A DNA stretch of 64,000 bases from Methanobacteriota archaeon (GTDB taxonomy: Archaea > Thermoplasmatota > Poseidoniia > Poseidoniales > Poseidoniaceae), in NCBI GenBank assembly GCA_038104845.1, contig JAYOBJ010000003.1:15598-79597 (forward strand). Direction: 5' to 3'. Of the stretch, positions 17,251 to 25,600 are shown piece after piece. The translations under genes were made by a program, and so were the position numbers. The notes beneath the pieces are model-generated. The model worked only from the letters and a program-made list of their open reading frames with translations, made no database searches and was not told the origin of the DNA. How positions within the stretch are numbered: the stretch's first letter is position 1; each line of letters begins with the position of its first letter.

Positions 17251-19532
17251 GACGCTTGACGGATGGCATCGGCAGCACAAATCGTGGCCATGTTCACGAT
17301 GTGACGAACCCCGTCCTGCCGGGCCACCAACTGCACGGGGCGACCCATCCCTTCGAGGATGGGGCCGGTCATCTCAGCGTCGCCCAGTTCTTCCAGCAAC
17401 TTGTAGGCGATGTTGGCTGCAGCAAGGTTGGGGAGCACCAACACGTTGGCCGATCCCACCAGTTCCATGAACGGGTATTCCGACTGCACTTTGGTGTTGA
17501 GGGCCGTGTCGCCCTGCATCGGTCCGTCGATCATCAGACTCGGGTCAAGGGTTTTGGCGATGGCGACAGCGTCCTCAATGCGATCGCTTCGCTGGGCGCG
17601 TGTGGAACCAAAATTGGAGAACGACAGCATGGCCACGCGAGGCGCCACACCGAACCGGCGGGCCACACGGGCGGTTTGAACAGCGATTTCCGCAAGGGTG
17701 CGGCTGTCGGGGTACACGTTCACGGTCGCATCGGCCAAGAAAATCGTCCGACCCTTGACGTTCATCATGTAGCAACCGATGACGCAATGGCTGTCTTCAG
17801 CGGTGCCGATGAGTTCCAGCGTGGGGCGCAAGACATCGGCGTAATGACGGCTCACGCCACCAACAAATCCGTCGGCATGGCCCATGGCCACCATTTGGGA
17901 AGCGAAGTACGGTCGACTCTTGAGCAAACGGGAGGCGTCGGGGGCGGTCACGCCCTTGCGGCAACGTCGTGCCACCAACGCCTCGGTGTAGGTGGTCTTT
18001 CGACGCTCATCGTAGCGAGGGTCGTAACGTTCGTACTCGAATTCAAGTCCCAAATCCTCAACCATCCGATCGATGCGTTCAACGGGCCCCAGCAGAATGG
18101 GGAAACAAATGCGTTGCTCCCACAACTGAGCTGCTGCGCGAAGCACCGATTCGTGATCGCCCTCGGGGAACACGATGCGCTTGCCTTTGCCTTTGACTTG
18201 GTTGATGACCTGGCGCATGACCGAGTACGATTCCCCCAGTCGTGCCTCCAACTCTTCTTTGTACGCCACCATGTCAAAATCGGCCTCGCTGACCGCAGCG
18301 ACGCCTTCCTCAACGGCGGCCTGTGCAACGGCGGCAGCCTCCCAAATGAGCACACGGCGGTCGAACGGTTTGGGGATGATGTACTCTGGACCGTATTGCA
18401 TGGTGACACCGTCGTAGGCTTCGGAAATGTAATCGGGAACGGGTTCCTTGGCCAAGGCAGCCAGCGCTTTGGTGGCGGCCATCTTCATGTTCTGCGTGAT
18501 GTCGCGAGCGCGCACGTCCAACGCCCCGCGGAAGATGTAAGGGAACCCGAGAACGTTGTTCACCTGATTGGGGTAATCCGAGCGTCCTGTGGCGATGATG
18601 GCGTCCTGGCGAACGCTCAACACCTCTTCGGGGAGAATTTCGGGTGTGGGATTGGCCAAGGCGAACACGATGGGTTTGGGCGCCATCGTGGCCACCATGT
18701 CCTTGGAGACCAAGCCGCCACGAGAAAGCCCGAGCATGACATCTGCACCGTTCAGTGCATCGGCGAGGTCGCCCGGTTCCCGGTCCTTGGCGAAGGGGGC
18801 CTTGTAGGCGTTGATTTCGCCAGCTTCCAGACGACGCTTCGTCACGATGCCCTGGCTGTCGACCAGCGTGATGTTGGCCATGTCCACGCCGATGGCGACG
18901 TAGTGGTTGGCGCACGCGATGGCCGAGGCACCTGCTCCGATGACCACCACCTTGAGGTCGCTCAGCGCCTTTCCTTGCAACTCCGCAGCGTTGATGAGGG
19001 CGGCAGCGGAGATGATGGCGGTGCCGTGCTGGTCATCGTGCATCACCGGGACATCGGTGGCCTCGGCGATGCGGCGTTCGATCTCAAAGCACTCGGGGGC
19101 TTTGATGTCCTCGAGGTTGATGCCACCAAAGGTCTTGGAGATGTTCACCACGGTGTCGATGAAGGCCTCAGGGTCCTCGGTGTCGACCTCGATGTCGAAC
19201 ACATCGATGCCAGCGAAGGTCTTGAGCAGCAAGCCTTTCCCTTCCATCACGGGCTTGCTGGCCAAGGCCCCGATGTTGCCCAGCCCCAACACGGCCGTTC
19301 CGTTCGAAATCACGGCCACCAGGTTGCCTTTGGACGTGTACCGGTAGGCATCTTCGGGGCGCTCAGCGATCTCCAAACAGGGGTACGCCACGCCAGGAGA
19401 ATAGGCTAAACTGAGTTCATGAGCGGTCGCGTGTGGCTTCGTGGGCACGACCTTGATTTTTCCTTGGGGTTCGGCTTCGTGGTAGGCCAAGGCTTCGCGA
19501 CGAAGTTGCTCCTCCTTGGCATCCCGTTCCAA
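17223..19532 (-). CDS. maeB: NADP-dependent malic enzyme, hybrid type with PTA-like C-domain
   Basis: 769 aa. 'ALAYHEAEPQGKIKVVPTKP', 'LAYSPGVA', 'VISNGTAVLGLGNIGALASKPVMEGK' and 'VVIGAGASAIA', followed by a phosphate-acetyltransferase-like half. Confidence 0.95.
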   Translation of the reverse strand: MERDAKEEQLRREALAYHEAEPQGKIKVVPTKPHATAHELSLAYSPGVAYPCLEIAERPEDAYRYTSKGNLVAVISNGTAVLGLGNIGALASKPVMEGKGLLLKTFAGIDVFDIEVDTEDPEAFIDTVVNISKTFGGINLEDIKAPECFEIERRIAEATDVPVMHDDQHGTAIISAAALINAAELQGKALSDLKVVVIGAGASAIACANHYVAIGVDMANITLVDSQGIVTKRRLEAGEINAYKAPFAKDREPGDLADALNGADVMLGLSRGGLVSKDMVATMAPKPIVFALANPTPEILPEEVLSVRQDAIIATGRSDYPNQVNNVLGFPYIFRGALDVRARDITQNMKMAATKALAALAKEPVPDYISEAYDGVTMQYGPEYIIPKPFDRRVLIWEAAAVAQAAVEEGVAAVSEADFDMVAYKEELEARLGESYSVMRQVINQVKGKGKRIVFPEGDHESVLRAAAQLWEQRICFPILLGPVERIDRMVEDLGLEFEYERYDPRYDERRKTTYTEALVARRCRKGVTAPDASRLLKSRPYFASQMVAMGHADGFVGGVSRHYADVLRPTLELIGTAEDSHCVIGCYMMNVKGRTIFLADATVNVYPDSRTLAEIAVQTARVARRFGVAPRVAMLSFSNFGSTRAQRSDRIEDAVAIAKTLDPSLMIDGPMQGDTALNTKVQSEYPFMELVGSANVLVLPNLAAANIAYKLLEELGDAEMTGPILEGMGRPVQLVARQDGVRHIVNMATICAADAIRQASYWESLNDD

Positions 19533-19668
19533 ATCAACCCCTCAAGCCGCGGTGTCAAGCCGAGTGTTTCAGTCTTGTGACCCGTCATCACCACTCGCCA
19601 CGATTCTCCCCTACGCGGTTTGAAAACCGACGCTGCCTGACGCAGGTTTCGTTCATGAAAGGACCGCG

Positions 19669-19678
19669 TTCAAATATG
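19669..19678 (+). promoter_or_regulatory. TATA-like box (TTCAAATATG) about 25 nt upstream of ATG 19699
   Basis: AT-rich hexamer AAATAT at 19672-19677. No Shine-Dalgarno lies between it and the ATG. This is consistent with a leaderless transcript for the giant gene. Confidence 0.3.
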
Positions 19679-19698
19679 TTGAATCCCGCCTGTTTCAC

Positions 19699-22600
19699 AT
19701 GGGTCTGCTTCCCTCGGCCGAACAACCACCCCGCAGGGCTCGCCGCGCCGTTCAGATGGTGCTCCTGATGCTGATGATGTCGGCCTCACCCATCCTGACG
19801 GTGAATCCAGTCTCGGCCCACGCCGAACCCAGTGGGGTGACTTGGCCGCTGGCCGGCACCAACGACACCGGCTGGGTGACGCTGGACGCCGTAGGTGCTG
19901 ACCCTGCGACGGGTGGGCAAGCCAGCGCTCTGTGGAACCTCTCGTTCGCCCCCGGAGCCGAATTGGGGAATGTCACGCTCCAAATTCGAGCGAGCGGCCA
20001 GGACGGTACAACCATCGAAGAGCCGCTCTTGACCGTCGACGGTCTCGGCGTGAACCTCCTTGATTGGCGCGGGCTTGGCGTGCTGGGCGAAGCGGAGGGT
20101 TTTGCCAATGGACCGACCTACAGCGGCCGACTCAACCCCAACTCCAACGGTGCCGCGGGTTGGGACCTGCCCTCGGGTGCCGACATCACCGATTTGGTCA
20201 TCCAAGCCCTCGCACCGGTGGACCCTGCGGTGTCCCTGCGGCCCTTGCCCACCGAACTGATGGATGCCGATGTGCACCCCGACTCGGGGCTGCTCTTCCT
20301 CGCCATGAACGACGATTTGATGGTGCTTCATGCCAACACCGACCCCCATGTGCTCGATATGGTGGACCTCGAGGCCAACGAAGGACCCGCCGATTTGGCC
20401 GTGGACACCACCAACGGGGTGCTTCACGTGGTGGCCGGTGATGGGTCACTCCATGCCTTTGACCTGAACGATTTGAGCGCCCAATCGGCCCTGACCAGCC
20501 CACCGAGCAGCGTGGACATCATCCACGTGGCCAGCAACGGCGATGTCTACGCCGCCAACCGAGGCGGTCTGATGATGCACGATGGGACCTCATGGACGAC
20601 GGTGGCGACCCCATCGGGTTCGAACGCCGGAACGGCGCATGCGCTGCACGAAGCGAACGGGGTGGTGTACGCTGCGCTCGAGAACGCCGGCGTTCTTCGC
20701 TACGACACCATCACGGGTCAAGCCCTCTCCACGTGGTCCACCGCCAACGTGCTTCATTCCGATGATGTTCGCACGATCATCACGGCCGGCAACCAACTGC
20801 TGTTCGGGTCATCCGACAACGGGGTTGGACGGTTCAACCTCAACGCTGGGTTCTGGCTGTCGAGTTGGAACGATGCCAACTGGCTGGACGACAACGCCAT
20901 TGCCGGCATGGCGACGGTGGGCAACACGCTGATGATCGCCAATGGTCCTTCCGTGCACCTTTACAACCTCACAGCCGGTGTTTTTGACAGCCCGATGACG
21001 TTGACCGATGCCGGTCTGGTGAACGATGCCAAGATGGCGTTCCTTTGGCCGGCCTCCGGCGACGCCGGACCCGACCACCACACGTTCATGGTCAGCGATG
21101 GCAGCGGCCTTCTGGCCCGGTTTGCTCCTGACCAAACGCCCGTCCATCAAGGCAACCTCCTGCTTTCCAGCGGCCCCGCCACCGATGAAATGGGCGCAGC
21201 GGCCGAACTCGATGGCGTCCTCTACATCGCGACTCAGGACGGCACCGGCATCCTGCGCTACGATGTCGGAAACGCCGTGTGGCTGGCCCCGTGGACCACC
21301 AACGGCCTAGCCGTGGAGCACCTGTCCACGGACGGAACGGACCTCTTCATCGCCACCGAAGCCTTGACCGTCGACCAAATGACCACGGCCGGCACGGTGG
21401 TCACCACGTTCACCGGCCAGAATTGCTTCAGCACCAACGGCGCCATGCTGAGCATGGCCGTGGACGCTTCGACCCTCCTGCTGAGCCTTGAACCGCAGAC
21501 AGTGGTCACGTTCGACCGCGCCACTGGCACGTGCACGGCGACCGGCAGCGGTGACCTGCCCAACACCAACGTCGGCGACGTGGCCCTCCACAACGGCATC
21601 GCTTACGTGGCCTCCGACGACGAGGGCGTGCTGCGTTACGACATCGGTAACGACACGTGGCTGGCACCCTGGGTCTCCACCGGCGTCAACGGGGTGAACT
21701 TCGCTCCAGTTGCCACCATCGGCAACGAATTGTTCCTCGGCTTGCCCGGATACGGCGTGGTTCGCAAGGACCTGTCCACCGGTGAATTGCTCACACCGTT
21801 CACCGCCAATCGACAAGGGACGCAGTTGCCGAGCAACCAAATCTACGCGCTCGAATCCGACGGTTCCAACCTCTACATCGGGACCCAACAGGGCGCTCGA
21901 CGCTGGGACGGCAGTCAATTTTCCTCCTTTGGCCAAGGACAGACCTGGGACACACGACCCAACCAGTTCTTCGACTTCATCGCCGACGGCAACGACCTGT
22001 ATGCCGCCACCAACCTCGGTTTGTGCAAGTACGTCCGAACCACCTTGGCGATCGACGAGTGCGTGAATGTGTACGACGGCATGCCCAACTGGGCCGTCTA
22101 CGCCGTGGGCGTGAACGCCAACTACGTCTTTGGTGGCACCACCACTGGCGTGGGCGTGATCAACAAGACCACGTTCCAACACGCGTTCAATTGGGGCGAA
22201 GCCTCCCAAACCGGCAACGCAGTGGTGGAAACGATCGGTGACATCGCCTACATCGGCACCGATGGATTGGGCGTGCTCCGCTACAACCTCTCCTCGGGCG
22301 AATGGTTGCCATCCTTCTCCGAAGCCAACGGGGAGCTCGACGGCGGCAACGACGACATCACGGGCTTGGTGGCCGACGTGCGCCCCAACCATTTGTGGGT
22401 GGGCGGCAACGACGGGTTCCAACTGCTCAACGCAACGACCGGTGCGGAAGTGGCCGACATCGAAACGACCGATGCCATCTACGACGCTCAAGGGTCGGCC
22501 TACCAGATGATGATTCACAACAACATCCTCTACTACCATTCGAGCATCAACAGCGACGAAGTGGGGCGTCTGGATGTGGTCAACTTCACCAACCCCGGTG

Positions 22601-25600
22601 TGCTTGACATTGGGGCAGAACTCGGTGAAACCAACGGCGACGTGTACAGCATGCACTTCCACGGCGATCTGCTGATGGTGGCGCTTGCGTCCGGCCAATG
22701 GTGGAACGCCGACGGCTCGGGCGGCATCGCCGTGTGGAACACCTCCAGTGGCACTTACGAGAACAGCATCGAGCCCACCGGTGCCGTTGAACGCGTGACG
22801 GCGTACACCAGCAGCAACGGTAACACATGGGTTGCATGGGGCGAACTTCGACTGGATCTCTACGACGCCACCGGCACCCTGACGGGCTCATGGGAAACGT
22901 TTGAGCTTCCCATCCGTGGCATTGTGGAATACGGCGGCCACACCCTCTTGGCTGCCAACAGCGAGATCCTTCGCTACAACGAATCGACCAACCAATGGGC
23001 CACATCATGGTCCGAAGGCAGCACGTTGCCCAGCAACGCCGGCGACCAGTTCCTCGACCTGTGGACCGACGGCACCGACCTTGTGATCGGCGGTGCGCGC
23101 CTGCAAACCTGGGGAGGATTCGCTGAGGGGATGATTACGCACCTCGACAGCAGTGGCACGTGGACCACGTATGCCGCCAACGCCAACAACAACATTCCCA
23201 ACGGCTACCCCATCGCCATGAGTGAATGCGGTGGTCTGGTCAACATCGCCATGTACCAAAGCCAAGGCGGCATCGCTCGCTATGACGTGCAAAATCAGAC
23301 CTTTGTGTCGGAGTTTGACCGGTTTGACTTGGACGGTTTCCTTCCCGCGTCGGTGGCTTGCGACGCTGCCGACACGCTCTACGTCGGTTACTACCAGGAC
23401 AATCAACCCATTTCCAAATACAGTTACACCACGGGGACCTGGCTCACGAGCCTCGACCAAACCACCCACAACCTCCCCTCCGACCGAGTGTGGTACGACG
23501 GTTTGGCTCACGCCAACGGCCAGCTCATCGTTGGCCATGGGATCGGCTTCGGTGCTGACGCCATCGGTGGAGGGTATTCCATCATCGCTTCCAACGGTGC
23601 GTCCAGCGGTCAAGCCAACGTCATGAGCAGCGGCTCGTCGGTCACGTCGTTGCAATGGATGGGCAGTGGCACCGGATGGATGTACGGTCAAGCCGGCGGC
23701 ACCTCGGGTTACAGCCACGTGTCCACCGTATCGTCGTTGGGCACGCAAAAGGTGGTCGACCTGCCAGGTTTGGTCAGCGGTCAAGTCACGGCGATGACAT
23801 CCAACACCACCCACATCTGGGCCGCTACGGGCGTGCTCAACGCTGGAGCCACCGGAAATTTCGGCAGCGCAGCTGGCCTGTTGCAGGGCACGTTCCTTCC
23901 CAACGGTTCGGTGGATTGGGCCTACGGTTGGACGTTGAGCGCCAACTCGGTGGCCAACAGCCTGCACTTGGATGGAACCGACCTCTACATCTCGACCAAC
24001 CCCACCGGCCTGATGAAGATCGACACGATCACGAAGGCCGTGACTCAGATCTCCGGTGCACTTCACGACAAGATGGACACGATGGTGATGAACGGGTCGG
24101 AGTTGATCATCGGCCTCGCTGGCGAGTCAGGAAGCCCCCCCGGCATCCAATTCTTCGACATGGGCACCGGCCAATTCACCGGCGGTCGACTCATCGGTGG
24201 GCTGCCATCAAGTGTCATCAACGGGTTCGATGAAACCAACGACATTCTCTACATCGCCACCGACGGTGGCGTGGGCCGGTGGAACCACTCCGAAGCCGAC
24301 TGGATGGACGCCATCACCACCGGCAACGGTCTGCCCAGCAGCATCGTCGAAGATGTGCTCGTGCTCAGCGGAACGGTGTACTTTGCCACACCCCAAGGAC
24401 TTGTAGCCTGGGACGAAACCACAGCCACGGCATCGGTCATTGACACCAGCGACGGACTGCTGGGCGACTCGGCATGGGGGTTGACCGTCCAGAACCCCAG
24501 CGGCATCAATCCCATGCTCGTCATTGGCCACGATGGAAGGGGCGTTGAGCGTCCTGGCGTGAGTTTGGTCGACCCCGCCACGAATGCTGTCGATTCGACG
24601 CACCGCTTTGACCAACTCCCCTCCAACACCGTGACGGCCCTCACCAGCGACTGGTGGGGCGTGCACATCGCGACCGACTTCGGCACGTTGACCCATTGGA
24701 ATGCGAGCAGCGGTGAGTTTGAGGACGGCAGCAGCGCCGTTCAAGCGTTCTCAACCGTCACGGCGATGATGAGCAACGGTGACGACCTGCTGGCGATGAC
24801 CGACGGGCAGCGCGCCCTCGTCATCGAATCACGAACCCCCAGCCACGGCGTGTTGACCTCCTTCCAACCCGGAACCGTTCTCGACGGAGCGCTGGGTGCC
24901 AACCATTTGTGGATCACGGCCGAAGAAGGCCTGTTCGGATGGGAAAACAACGGCCAGTACACGCCACTGGATGACTACAGCATGCGACGTGCCCACCCGC
25001 TCACGGTGCGTGCCCTCGGCAACGGTGGGGGCCTCAACATCACCTCCATGACCCGCCCCGGCACCGACATCGTGCTGGTCGACCCCAGCGACCCCTACAC
25101 GTTGGATCCCTCCATGGGAACGGCCGGAGCACACGGCCTCCTCTTCCAAAACGTCCCGCTGGTGTTCACCTCACCGGTGAACGGTGCGGCCATTTGGGCG
25201 TCGTCGCAACGGTTGCTCTACGATGTGACCCTGGATTTGAGTGACGACCCGGCCTTGAGCATGAACCTCCAATCGGCGGTTGACGTGGCTCCGCTTTTCG
25301 ACAACACCCGACACGTGACCCTCCGGCTGCTGTCGCCATCGAACGGCTCGCTGGAAGCGCGTTTGGTGTACGATTACGTCCGCAACGACACACCCGTGGT
25401 GCTCGAAGACCTGGTCGATCGCCCCGACGACGGCGGCGGTGCCCTCACCGCCTCGTGGTCCTTGGTGCACGACGAAGACTTCGCCCGCTACCTCATCTTC
25501 CTCAACGAAGGCCCTTGGTCGTCGCTGCCCACCGAAGCCTCCCTCATGAGTCAAACGCCCGACAAAGCCATCTCGCTTCACAGCCGGCTGTCCTCTGAAG